From an uncultured Bdellovibrionales bacterium (GTDB taxonomy: Bacteria; Bdellovibrionota; Bdellovibrionia; Bdellovibrionales; SG-bin7): a stretch of 64,000 bases of DNA. Below, piece by piece: positions 35,851 through 45,105 of the stretch; the stretch's first letter is position 1, and every line of letters starts with the position of its first letter. Below the pieces are notes generated by a model that had not been told where the DNA came from, made no database searches, and saw nothing but the letters and a program-made list of their open reading frames with translations. The stretch lies in NCBI GenBank assembly GCA_964498095.1, contig CAZCFY010000007.1, positions 114,257 through 178,256 of the forward strand, given 5' to 3'. The position numbers and the translations under genes are program-made.

Positions 35851-36318
35851 TTGGCACGGTACTTTCATAGTAGTTTCCCCGGTATGCTGGAACGCTCTAT
35901 AGACAAATGTAGACTGATTTTACTATTCATTTTTTTGACAGTGGCCGCAAATTGTTTTGCTGAAAGCGAATGTCCCGGCTTGTTTAAAAGTACAATTACC
36001 ATCTATAAAGGCATAACTCGTCCGCCAAATAAAGTTTCCTTTGATTTGAGCGGGTTTTCTAAATCTGAACTCTGGTTTTCTCGGGATCTTGATACCGCTC
36101 GCAGTTTCGCCCGAAACGAGAGGGAACCCGGAACAGTTCTTGAGTTGGAGATTCCTGCCAAGTTTTTTTCCCCTGTGTACTTGTCTCCCGATGGCACTAT
36201 AAGTACGCATGAAGTTCCGAACCTTCTCCGGTATCTTAAACGTATCGGTATTACAAAAGGGGGAAAAATAAAGTGGATTTCGCGCGAAGAGGCCCGCAAG
36301 CTGGGCTTTTTAAAGTAG
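35851..36318 (+). CDS. Hypothetical secreted protein
   Basis: 155-aa ORF with a hydrophobic N-terminal segment. No motif recognised. Confidence 0.3.
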   Translation: MARYFHSSFPGMLERSIDKCRLILLFIFLTVAANCFAESECPGLFKSTITIYKGITRPPNKVSFDLSGFSKSELWFSRDLDTARSFARNEREPGTVLELEIPAKFFSPVYLSPDGTISTHEVPNLLRYLKRIGITKGGKIKWISREEARKLGFLK

Positions 36319-36329
36319 GGAAGTTAACT

Positions 36330-37304
36330 ATGAGAAAAATTATTTTTACCCTCATGTCTTTACTCTCGGTAGTAACTCACGCCAGTGAAGTGGGTCGGCC
36401 GCTCTGGCAGCACAAGCCACCACCAATTCAGATAGAGCCTAATATTGATATCGACATTAAGGTGGAACATCACTTCGCATTTAACAACGATGTTGCCATA
36501 CATTATGCGGCCCTGGGTTCTGGTCCTCTAATGGTTATGATTCATGGATTCCCCGACTACTGGTACACCTGGCGAAATCTGATGGCACAATTTTCTAAAA
36601 CCCATCGCGTGGTAGCGCTTGATTTACGCGGATACAATCTCAGCGATAAACCCGTCGGCAAAGAAAATTATGACGTTAAATTCTTGATGGGTGATATTGC
36701 CGCCGTAATTAAACACGAAGGTGCAAAAAGGGCGACCATCATTGGTCATGATTGGGGCGCAGCACTTTCCTGGGTCTTTGCGATGGTAAAACCCGAGATG
36801 GTAAATGGCCTGGTTGTACTAAATATTCCCCATCCTTCGAATACGCGCCGCGAGCTCTTAAAGCAAAATAAAGAACAAATGGTTGCCAGTAAATATGCGA
36901 TAGATTTCGCCAAAGGCGCCGGCAACAATCTCACACCGGAAGATCTCGTCTATTGGGTTCAGCATCCTGAAATTAAAAATCGATATCTGACGGCGTTCAG
37001 AGACTCAAGTATAATCGGAATGATGAATTATTATATTCAAAACTACCCCTCTACTCCCGAAAAAGCCGCCATTGACCCTTTTGCGAATGCGAAGGTTTAT
37101 TGTCCTGTTCTCTACATACATGCCTATAATGATCATCATGTCGCACGCGCCACGGTGTTGGGGTCAGAAACTAAATTGCAGGACCCTAGTAAGTTTACAC
37201 CTGTTTTTGTAGAAGGTGGCGGACATTTTACTTACCACAACTTGCCGAACTTTGTTAGTTATCATATTGAGCGTTGGCTGCGAAAAAACAACCTGCATCG
37301 TTGA
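36330..37304 (+). CDS. Alpha/beta hydrolase (epoxide-hydrolase-like), secreted
   Basis: Start at MRKIIFTLMSLLSVVTHA. HGFPDYWYTWR and the GHDWGA nucleophile elbow. Confidence 0.8.
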   Translation: MRKIIFTLMSLLSVVTHASEVGRPLWQHKPPPIQIEPNIDIDIKVEHHFAFNNDVAIHYAALGSGPLMVMIHGFPDYWYTWRNLMAQFSKTHRVVALDLRGYNLSDKPVGKENYDVKFLMGDIAAVIKHEGAKRATIIGHDWGAALSWVFAMVKPEMVNGLVVLNIPHPSNTRRELLKQNKEQMVASKYAIDFAKGAGNNLTPEDLVYWVQHPEIKNRYLTAFRDSSIIGMMNYYIQNYPSTPEKAAIDPFANAKVYCPVLYIHAYNDHHVARATVLGSETKLQDPSKFTPVFVEGGGHFTYHNLPNFVSYHIERWLRKNNLHR

Positions 37305-37315
37305 CCTCTACTAAT

Positions 37316-37336
37316 GGGCCCTCACCGGCCCTTTTT
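37316..37336 (+). terminator. Rho-independent terminator
   Basis: GGGCC-ctcacc-GGCCC followed by TTTTT. Confidence 0.5.
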
Positions 37337-37429
37337 GTCACACCATCCAACCTTTAGACAGACCACTATTCATCATTTGATTTGAACATGGCCCACGGTT
37401 TGCTGATACCGTACCTAGGTGGAAATCTT

Positions 37430-39076
37430 ATGAAAATGTTTTTATCTTTACTTATCGTCATTGGACTCTTCAATGCAAAGATTATTGCTGTAGCCGCTGA
37501 ACGTGATTCCGAAAAAAGTTATTACAAAATTCTCGGAATCAACCCCAACGCCAGTCACGACGAAATCCAAAGTGCCTATCGAAAGCAAGTTAAAGATCAT
37601 CATCCGGATTTATTTTCCACCCTTGAAGAAAAAAATCGCCATGAAGAAATCTTGAAATCCATTAACGAAGCCTACGAAGTACTTTCTGATCCCGAGGCGC
37701 GAAACGGTTATAATTCAAAGTTACGGGCAGATTTTTCGGAAAATCATCAGGCTAAGTCCACTATTCACTCGATCCAAGATCTGGAAATGCAGATTGCCCG
37801 GGTTAGAGTCGCTAATACGGAGAATGACATAATTAGCGAGCTTAACAAGCTGGATGAGTTTGGCGGCCTAATTTATTCCGACTATGACGCCTTTAAATTT
37901 TTCTATTCCGCAATGAAATCTATGACGGAAGCCGGCAAATTTAGTTATTTGAGTACGGCCCAGGTGTTATTATCAATTACTGAATCCTGGACTTACGCGG
38001 AATATCTAACCGGCGAGAATACTCTTGATTGGGATAGCTTACACACGGGTATTATTAAGCGCCTAATTCTCAATGGCTTTAGCTTATCAGATGTTTTAGC
38101 AATGTTAGGAAAAACCTCTGCTACCGCAGACATGAGTTATTTGCATCAAGCACTCGGTGCATTCCGAGCTCATGCCCCCTTTCCTTCGCGGATGCGTCGG
38201 CCCTATGATATCAAATTTCTTACTATTGGCCCCATATTCGAAGCCTTGTTCAAAACAAAACAAATTGCGACCTACGAGCAATATGTAACTACCGTGGCTG
38301 TCATGAAAGAGGCTGTTAAAGGTTTGGATTTGGATCATCCCTTGCGCTACTCGTTACGGGATAAAGTCCAATACGTAATCCCCTTCGTCGAAAAAATGAA
38401 TTTCTCTGAACTCCTAGATCTAACCTATATGGTAGACCTAAATCCCATCGAAGAGTTGGCGGTTATGGAAACCATTCTTGAAACTCAACACCAAACAAAT
38501 CGGCTGACACCTATAGAGTTGGGAATGCTATTAGTAAACTTAATTGGAAACGCTTTCACATCCGGCTCCTTTAACGAAATTTCTTTTGCTGGATATGGCT
38601 TATCGGAAATGTCGAAATACGTCGCAATGCATAGAGGCTATGATGTGACTTATTTGCGAAAGGCCGTGGGGAACCACGAAGACCCTGATATTATACGTGA
38701 TCGGGTGCTGTCATCTTTTTTAAAAAGCGACATAGTCGATCTACTGACACGTTATAAAGATTTAATTTCAAAATTGAATTTAAGCGGAGACGACTGGCAG
38801 AAAATCGAACATGATTTAAACATGTTTTTTGGCTCCGGAGTGAAGTTGGAGAAAATGCGACTTACATACTTCGCTTCGAAACAAATCACGGCAGAAAATA
38901 TATTTTTAAGGTTCCGTCACGCGCTAGGGGTTCAATCTCTCTATAAGGCCAGAGCTTCTTGGACTTCATTCTTGCCAAGAATCACCTTTGCGCCACCGCC
39001 TCCTCGTCCTCAAATAGCGGTGACACAAAAAGCCCTACCGATCCCTCTTCACTTTCGCTGCGAAAGGCTTTTTTAA
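37430..39076 (+). CDS. Membrane-anchored or secreted J-domain protein
   Basis: Start at MKMFLSLLIVIGLFNA. J domain YYKILGI...HHPD. No DnaJ zinc-finger or C-terminal domain. Confidence 0.65.
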   Translation: MKMFLSLLIVIGLFNAKIIAVAAERDSEKSYYKILGINPNASHDEIQSAYRKQVKDHHPDLFSTLEEKNRHEEILKSINEAYEVLSDPEARNGYNSKLRADFSENHQAKSTIHSIQDLEMQIARVRVANTENDIISELNKLDEFGGLIYSDYDAFKFFYSAMKSMTEAGKFSYLSTAQVLLSITESWTYAEYLTGENTLDWDSLHTGIIKRLILNGFSLSDVLAMLGKTSATADMSYLHQALGAFRAHAPFPSRMRRPYDIKFLTIGPIFEALFKTKQIATYEQYVTTVAVMKEAVKGLDLDHPLRYSLRDKVQYVIPFVEKMNFSELLDLTYMVDLNPIEELAVMETILETQHQTNRLTPIELGMLLVNLIGNAFTSGSFNEISFAGYGLSEMSKYVAMHRGYDVTYLRKAVGNHEDPDIIRDRVLSSFLKSDIVDLLTRYKDLISKLNLSGDDWQKIEHDLNMFFGSGVKLEKMRLTYFASKQITAENIFLRFRHALGVQSLYKARASWTSFLPRITFAPPPPRPQIAVTQKALPIPLHFRCERLF

Positions 39077-39079
39077 GGT

Positions 39080-41107
39080 TTACCGGCCACTCGCAAAAAA
39101 ATCGCCAAAGTCGTGATAGTCGTCATAGGGACGGCAATCGTTGGGCGCTACCGTCGAAGCGACAGCCGGATTGCGCATGGAACATTGCCCATCCCAAGTG
39201 TGATTTACTTCTATCGAGCGCCAATTATAAGGAGGCATGTTGACGTTGGTATTTTTTATCCGCAACGAATTATCCACCCACACCATGATAATGCCATCTT
39301 GTGAGGTGGTCGTAGTGCTACGACGGAAGTAAACTTCAACCCTATGCCATTGTCCCTCTAACACTGCTGCGCCGTTAACATTGGGTAAAAAGACAAGTGA
39401 CGCGGAATCTGCGCAGTCACCATAAGCATTCGGGATATGACAGTTGTTAACGTTGGCGGCTTGGAGAAAAATATCGACAACGCGCCCGCCATTATTAGAA
39501 CCGTAAAAATGTGAGCCCCATAAACCGACGGCATTAGGTTTATCGGAAGTAAAGAAAACCAACTTGTTGGCGCCATTGTTATACCCACCAAATGGAGAAC
39601 TCGGACGCCACGTGAATTCATAGTAAATTTCTGACCGTGGATCATGAAAGCACTCTAGCACTGTGCCGCCAACAGTTGAGTAAGCAGGCTTTATCATTCG
39701 CACGATCCCAGAGGGAGATGTCGGTTCTGAACTATCATTCATTAAGATAGCTCCACCTTGCGGATAGTAGTCATAACATCCAGGTCCTGTTTTGCTCGAA
39801 AAATTATGATGGACCAATTGGGTAAAACCTTGTGGTTGGTTAGGAAGCAATCCCACCCCCGAGAACACCGGTGGCGGCGCGCTCACAACGGGAGCGGTTG
39901 TTGTCGGCGCAGGCTCCGTGCTTGTCGTTGTGGGTGTGGGCGCCGGCGCAGATTGCGAGGTACCAGTGATGGCCAAGCGCACATCATTAAGGGTTTGGCC
40001 GTTAATCAATTTTGTCATGTAATTATTGGCTTCAGCGTCGGAAGCGTTACGCTTATAAACCTGCTGAAAGAGAATATTGATGTTATTGCTGCTCTCATTT
40101 GTCGTAGCTAAATAGGCGCGAATATCCTGCAGAGAGAATCCCTGAGTATCAATAGCCGCTACCCACCGGCTCAGTTCAGTGGTGCTTGGCGCTCTTTCAA
40201 AAAGATCCTGAAACATACTTTTAATTTTTCCCTCTGTAGTGTTGGTATAGATCGGTGTTGGTTCTGGCGCGGGCGCAGGGGCGGGCTCAGTTGTTGGGGG
40301 TGGAATACTTGCGGGGGCACGATCCGGCTGAGGTGCTAATGTAGTGCCGGAAATATTTGCTTTAACATCGGTAAGTGTATAACCACCGCTTAACAATTTT
40401 TGATAACTACTTACTTGCTCTGCCGATGGATAGCTGCCCTTTATGCTAAGATACAGGTCGCGAACAATAATTTGCGCCCGCCCCGTAAACGCCAGCTCGT
40501 ATCGCACTTTTTCGATGGAATATGCTCCTGAACGCAACTGCGCTACATAGTACGCTTCCTCAGTCGGAATATTGTAACCAAATATATTTAGGTATGTTTG
40601 TGCTATGATCTGCTCAGGTGTTCCTTGAGGAACCGATGGCGCCGTAGTCGTAGTTGTGGTTGTGGTTGTGGTTGCGGGAGCAGGTGCGGGAGAAATGATA
40701 CCAGTAATTTTCGCTCTAATATCGGCTAAGCTCGCTCCATTTATTAGTTCAGACATTCGGCTATAAGCTTCGGCGTCTGTCGCCGGCCTTTTGTACGCAA
40801 TTTGATAAATTTTATCTATATTGGTTCGACTTTCATTGGTTGTTGCTAAATAAGCCCGAATATCTTGTGCAGAAAATCCCTGTGAATCGATGGCCGTAAC
40901 CCAGCGACTCAACTCCGTTGCGCTTGGAGCCCTCTCATAGAGGCTCTGAAACATTCCCGTAATTACCGAATCGCTGGTGGATAGCGAAAAGTTTAAAATC
41001 CGAAAACTCGGCTGATTGTTGCTCAAACTCGAAGAGGAATTTGTATTACAACCTGAAATTGGGAAAACAAATAGAAAATAGAGCAATAGTGATAATTGAC
41101 GCTTCAT
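39080..41107 (-). CDS. Lipoprotein with duplicated DUF4214-like repeats, Thr/Pro linkers and a C-terminal lectin/jelly-roll-like domain
   Basis: Lipobox ISGC. Two ~90-aa repeats (MFQSLYERAPSATELSRWVTAIDSQGFSAQDIRAYLATTNES and MFQDLFERAPSTTELSRWVAAIDTQGFSLQDIRAYLATTNES). A T9 run. Confidence 0.5.
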   Translation of the reverse strand: MKRQLSLLLYFLFVFPISGCNTNSSSSLSNNQPSFRILNFSLSTSDSVITGMFQSLYERAPSATELSRWVTAIDSQGFSAQDIRAYLATTNESRTNIDKIYQIAYKRPATDAEAYSRMSELINGASLADIRAKITGIISPAPAPATTTTTTTTTTAPSVPQGTPEQIIAQTYLNIFGYNIPTEEAYYVAQLRSGAYSIEKVRYELAFTGRAQIIVRDLYLSIKGSYPSAEQVSSYQKLLSGGYTLTDVKANISGTTLAPQPDRAPASIPPPTTEPAPAPAPEPTPIYTNTTEGKIKSMFQDLFERAPSTTELSRWVAAIDTQGFSLQDIRAYLATTNESSNNINILFQQVYKRNASDAEANNYMTKLINGQTLNDVRLAITGTSQSAPAPTPTTTSTEPAPTTTAPVVSAPPPVFSGVGLLPNQPQGFTQLVHHNFSSKTGPGCYDYYPQGGAILMNDSSEPTSPSGIVRMIKPAYSTVGGTVLECFHDPRSEIYYEFTWRPSSPFGGYNNGANKLVFFTSDKPNAVGLWGSHFYGSNNGGRVVDIFLQAANVNNCHIPNAYGDCADSASLVFLPNVNGAAVLEGQWHRVEVYFRRSTTTTSQDGIIMVWVDNSLRIKNTNVNMPPYNWRSIEVNHTWDGQCSMRNPAVASTVAPNDCRPYDDYHDFGDFFASGR

Positions 41108-41223
41108 AAGTCCCCCCGAATACCTAGTTTAAAATTTTATACCGTGTTAACTTATCGCTCTTTTGGCAAACATAGATCGCCCCTACTATTTTTTTACGTC
41201 CCACTTTGAGCCATGGACGCAAT

Positions 41224-41856
41224 CTATTTCGCTTGCCTCGGTAATTTTTTTTCGACGCCTATTGCGATTTCGGCAGTTTTGGCATTTTCCGGTTCGTCAC
41301 TTCTGAACCGAAAAGCGCAGTGGTATTTTTTTGGCTTTTTTAGCTCGGTAAAATTTTTAGTTAAATATCTAAATTTTTCTTCATAAAAAACTTCTTCTAT
41401 TTCATCTGCCTCATCAGTTACTAAACTGAGCTTTTGTTCAACTTCGGGAGTGAAAGCGTAGGGAGAAGGCCCGGGGGAAATGGTTTGTGTTAAAATATAT
41501 CGATGTTTACCAGCCTGAGAGTCATCCGTGCTTGCACGAAGTGCTCCGGGCCGACGCAAATAGTAAATTTCGGCCGCTGGCTTGTTGTTTATCAAAATTT
41601 CAAAGGTATACCCGCGCGAAGCACTTTTGTAAGCGCGAAAGCTGCATTTCTTACTGCCACTTGCTGAGCCTGAAGCATCATGAACAACGGTCCCACCCTC
41701 GAGATCAACACGTGCGTCTCCGGACTTAGCAAAGAAAATGCGGCTTTGCGCCTCTTTCTCTCCGATTTGAACGCGACTATTAAAAGGGTCTGAAACCGCT
41801 TTTTCAGGTGGGTTAGCAAACAAATGGCTGGTAAAAATAATCAAACTTATAAGCAT
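41224..41856 (-). CDS. Secreted hypothetical protein
   Basis: N-terminal hydrophobic leader, 210 aa, no motif recognised. Confidence 0.35.
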   Translation of the reverse strand: MLISLIIFTSHLFANPPEKAVSDPFNSRVQIGEKEAQSRIFFAKSGDARVDLEGGTVVHDASGSASGSKKCSFRAYKSASRGYTFEILINNKPAAEIYYLRRPGALRASTDDSQAGKHRYILTQTISPGPSPYAFTPEVEQKLSLVTDEADEIEEVFYEEKFRYLTKNFTELKKPKKYHCAFRFRSDEPENAKTAEIAIGVEKKLPRQAK

Positions 41857-42043
41857 GCTAAATTATACCCAAACCTAAAGGCCCAATCGGGATTGCCGAG
41901 AAAAAAATACAATTGATCCGCAATTCTAAATGATCAATTAGGATAAAGTCGCGCCAGTCATTTAAGCTCGCTGACAAAATGCCAGGGTTGGACCTTTGTG
42001 CCCGTTAAGAAATTGTGAAGATAAAAGTGCGAAAATGATTTAA

Positions 42044-44017
42044 TTGTCACAATTGATTCCGGTCGGTTACACACTAAGAGTGGAAAAGAAACTCGCAAAT
42101 GTAATAACCAAGGCTGGCACTCTCTTGGTGGGTGCGGAAGCACTTTCATTTTTAATCATTTGGATTTTCTTCCCGGAGTACAAAGAGTTTTCCGCCGTGA
42201 CGATGAAAGCGAATACTTCGCTCGCGTTCCTACTGATCAGCATTTCTATTTGGTTATTGCGTCGCGGCCCCGACAAGACTGGAAATTTTTTTGCTTGGAC
42301 CGTCCTGTTCATCGCGACACTAACAAATTTGGAATATATTTTTGATATAAATCTCGGCATAGATGAGATCATAGTTTCTGACTTTCCTAATACGGAGAGC
42401 GTGATGTTCCTAGGGCGCATGTCACCAATTGCCTCTCTGTGTTTAACCTTTGTCTCCGCAGCTCTACTCACTTTGGACACGAAACCACTGCGCCACTGGC
42501 ATTGGCCCACATTCTTTTTATTTCCGGTCTGGTTAATTTCGTTTCTTGCTATTGTTGGTTACGCCTACGGCGTAACGTCCTTTTATAAACTCGGTCCCTT
42601 TATTCGCATTTCTCTGCCCACGGCTCTTTCTCTAAATTTGATTTCCTTTATAATACTTTCCTCGCGTCCCTCGTTGGGTCCTCTTTCTATTTTATATAGT
42701 CCGGGTTTTGGGGGCATGACAGCCCGCCGCGTTTTGCCGTCATTATCGGTTTTGCCTGTCTTTTTGGGATGGCTACGCATTCAAGCGCAGCACTTAGGAT
42801 ATATCGATCTTTACTCCGGTGTCGCGGTCCTTGTTGTGGTGCTCACGGTTTTATTTTGCTTCATTGTTGGCTTTCACGCCGTAAAACTTGACAGTCTCGA
42901 CGCCGAAAGAGAACGCTCACGTATCGACTTAGAAAAAACAGCACGGCGTTTTGCCGCAATTTTTAATCACGCGCCGACGGCCTTTGCACTTTTTCGTGAA
43001 AGCGATGGCGCCTTTGTCGACGTCAATGATGCGTGGATCGAGCACTTCGGTTATTCTAAAGCCGAAGTGCTTGGGAAAACCACTCGCGACTTTAAGTGGT
43101 ATGTCGACGAGAATGAACGCCAGAGACTCTATGAGGTTTACCGGCGCGACGGATTCGTGAGAAATTTTGAAACGAAGGTGTATAACGGCGTCGGACAAGT
43201 TCTTATAGTTTCTAACAGTGTACACAAAGTTGAAATCGAAGGAGAGAAATTCGTCCTCGGCGCTCTTGAAGACGTGACAGAATTGCGAAAGTTAGCTGAC
43301 TCTCTTGCGGCAGCCGTTCAAGTTCGCGACGAGTTTATGTCGATCGCCTCGCACGAACTAAAGACACCGATCACTTCTTTAAAACTGCAGTTACAAATGT
43401 TACAGCGCGCGGTCAAGGTCGAACAAAATGTTGTTCCCAACGCCGAACGACTTGCCAAAACTCTCAGTGTTACGAATCGGCAAATCCAAAGACTTGAAGG
43501 TCTTGTCGAAGAGCTTCTCGATGTTTCTCGGGTACGCACCGGTAAGCTTTCTCTGCATTTCGAGAAATTTAACTTATCGAGCCTCGTGTCCGAAGTCGTT
43601 GATCGCCTCGCTTCACAACTTTCCGAAGCAAAAATTGAAGTTAATTACGAAGTTGAGCCCGAAGTTGCTGGCTCTTGGGACCGCAGCCGCATTGATCAGG
43701 TGATCGTAAACTTACTAAATAACGCCATAAAATACGCGGCCGGAGAGCCGATCTTGCTAAAAGTTAAAAATGCCGGAGATCGCGCTCTGTTGGCGGTTGC
43801 CGACGGTGGGCCGGGAATTCCATCCGAAAAACAACAGCTGATTTTTGAACGTTTTGAGCGAGCTACCCAGAACAAAAGTATACCGGGTTTAGGGATTGGT
43901 CTATTTCTGGTTAAGCAAATTGTCGAGGAACACCAGGGAAATATTTCCGTAAAAAGTGACTTAGGGAAGGGCGCCGTTTTTGAAGTCGTCCTGCCAAAAC
44001 ATGAGGTAATGGCATGA
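42044..44017 (+). CDS. Sensor histidine kinase (polytopic N-terminus, PAS, HisKA, HATPase_c)
   Basis: SHELKTPITSL H-box, N-box NLLNNAIKY, G-boxes DGGPGI and GLGIGL. Confidence 0.85.
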   Translation: MSQLIPVGYTLRVEKKLANVITKAGTLLVGAEALSFLIIWIFFPEYKEFSAVTMKANTSLAFLLISISIWLLRRGPDKTGNFFAWTVLFIATLTNLEYIFDINLGIDEIIVSDFPNTESVMFLGRMSPIASLCLTFVSAALLTLDTKPLRHWHWPTFFLFPVWLISFLAIVGYAYGVTSFYKLGPFIRISLPTALSLNLISFIILSSRPSLGPLSILYSPGFGGMTARRVLPSLSVLPVFLGWLRIQAQHLGYIDLYSGVAVLVVVLTVLFCFIVGFHAVKLDSLDAERERSRIDLEKTARRFAAIFNHAPTAFALFRESDGAFVDVNDAWIEHFGYSKAEVLGKTTRDFKWYVDENERQRLYEVYRRDGFVRNFETKVYNGVGQVLIVSNSVHKVEIEGEKFVLGALEDVTELRKLADSLAAAVQVRDEFMSIASHELKTPITSLKLQLQMLQRAVKVEQNVVPNAERLAKTLSVTNRQIQRLEGLVEELLDVSRVRTGKLSLHFEKFNLSSLVSEVVDRLASQLSEAKIEVNYEVEPEVAGSWDRSRIDQVIVNLLNNAIKYAAGEPILLKVKNAGDRALLAVADGGPGIPSEKQQLIFERFERATQNKSIPGLGIGLFLVKQIVEEHQGNISVKSDLGKGAVFEVVLPKHEVMA

Positions 44018-44445
44018 AGAGAAAGATTCTGGTTGTCGAAGACGACAAAGATATTTTGATGACTCTTAAAGAATTGCTAGAAATGGAAGGCTTTGAGGCC
44101 GACGTGGCAATTAATGGTAAGGAAGCACTTAATAAACTGCGCGCCGCAAACGATTTACCTGAATTAATCATACTCGACTATTCCATGCCGGTCATGGATG
44201 CTCCTGCATTTAAAATTGAACAAGAGAATGATTCCCGAATTAAACACATTCCACTTATTTTAGTAACCGCCAACGCTGCCCCTGATCACACTAAAAGCAA
44301 GATAAACGCCCGTGCCTTTCTGCGAAAGCCACTGGATATAGAAGATTTTATTAATACGGTTAAATCTTGCTTACCGGCTTTTGCGGCGGTTTTGTATGCC
44401 TTGCTGAAGAGTATTTTGTCTGGCGCGGGCACGCTCCTGACGTAA
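44014..44445 (+). CDS. Single-domain response regulator (receiver)
   Basis: KILVVEDD...LIILDYSMP...RKP pattern. The start overlaps the HK stop by 4 nt. Confidence 0.85.
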   Translation: MKRKILVVEDDKDILMTLKELLEMEGFEADVAINGKEALNKLRAANDLPELIILDYSMPVMDAPAFKIEQENDSRIKHIPLILVTANAAPDHTKSKINARAFLRKPLDIEDFINTVKSCLPAFAAVLYALLKSILSGAGTLLT

Positions 44446-45096
44446 CTGTTGAAAAACCCTGTTTTTAACCTGTACGGGGTGATCCGTCGTATCGCGGAGG
44501 AATTCAAATCTTTTTGCCTCTTGACGTTGAGCGCGCGCAAACGCCCGTCGGCCGCCAAGTAATTGCATGAAGTGCCCCGGTGGAACTTTTATGGCATCCC
44601 GAATTTTGCGTCCCGTCCCGCGTTGGCCTAAACTCACTTCGCCGCCGAAAGTAGTTACTTCCGTCCGCATTTCCTTTTCCTGGTGCTCAACTAAAAAGTC
44701 AGTGCCCCTCACTCCAATAACACCCGACGGAGTAGAAATTTGAAATCCCTGAAGATCTTCTTTTTTATATTTCTGATTAACCAAAGAGCGGACCGAGCCA
44801 TAATTTAAATAAAATAAACTCCATTTCTTTCCCGCGTCCGCATCAAACTCATATTCCATAAAACCCATCTTAGTATTCGAGTTCAGATTAACAACATTAT
44901 CGTCAATGAGAATAACTTGGAGTCGCGAGTTATCACCAGTAACGGCAACGTCATTGACCCGGACCCTGTCGTTTTCCTGCGCGTTCTTTTCGTTGATTTT
45001 AACATCGCCAAAAACGTAAGTGACTACGCCAATAATATCCGCGGCGAAAGCAAAGCCAGCACTTAAAAAAGTGAATAAAAAAAGCATTTTTCGCAT
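44371..45096 (-). CDS. FecR-domain secreted protein
   Basis: Signal peptide. The FecR-like segment is GVVTYVFGDVKIN...VTGDNSRLQVILIDDNVVNLNSNTKM. Confidence 0.55.
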   Translation of the reverse strand: MRKMLFLFTFLSAGFAFAADIIGVVTYVFGDVKINEKNAQENDRVRVNDVAVTGDNSRLQVILIDDNVVNLNSNTKMGFMEYEFDADAGKKWSLFYLNYGSVRSLVNQKYKKEDLQGFQISTPSGVIGVRGTDFLVEHQEKEMRTEVTTFGGEVSLGQRGTGRKIRDAIKVPPGHFMQLLGGRRAFARAQRQEAKRFEFLRDTTDHPVQVKNRVFQQLRQERARARQNTLQQGIQNRRKSR

Positions 45097-45105
45097 TTTA
45101 AAAAT

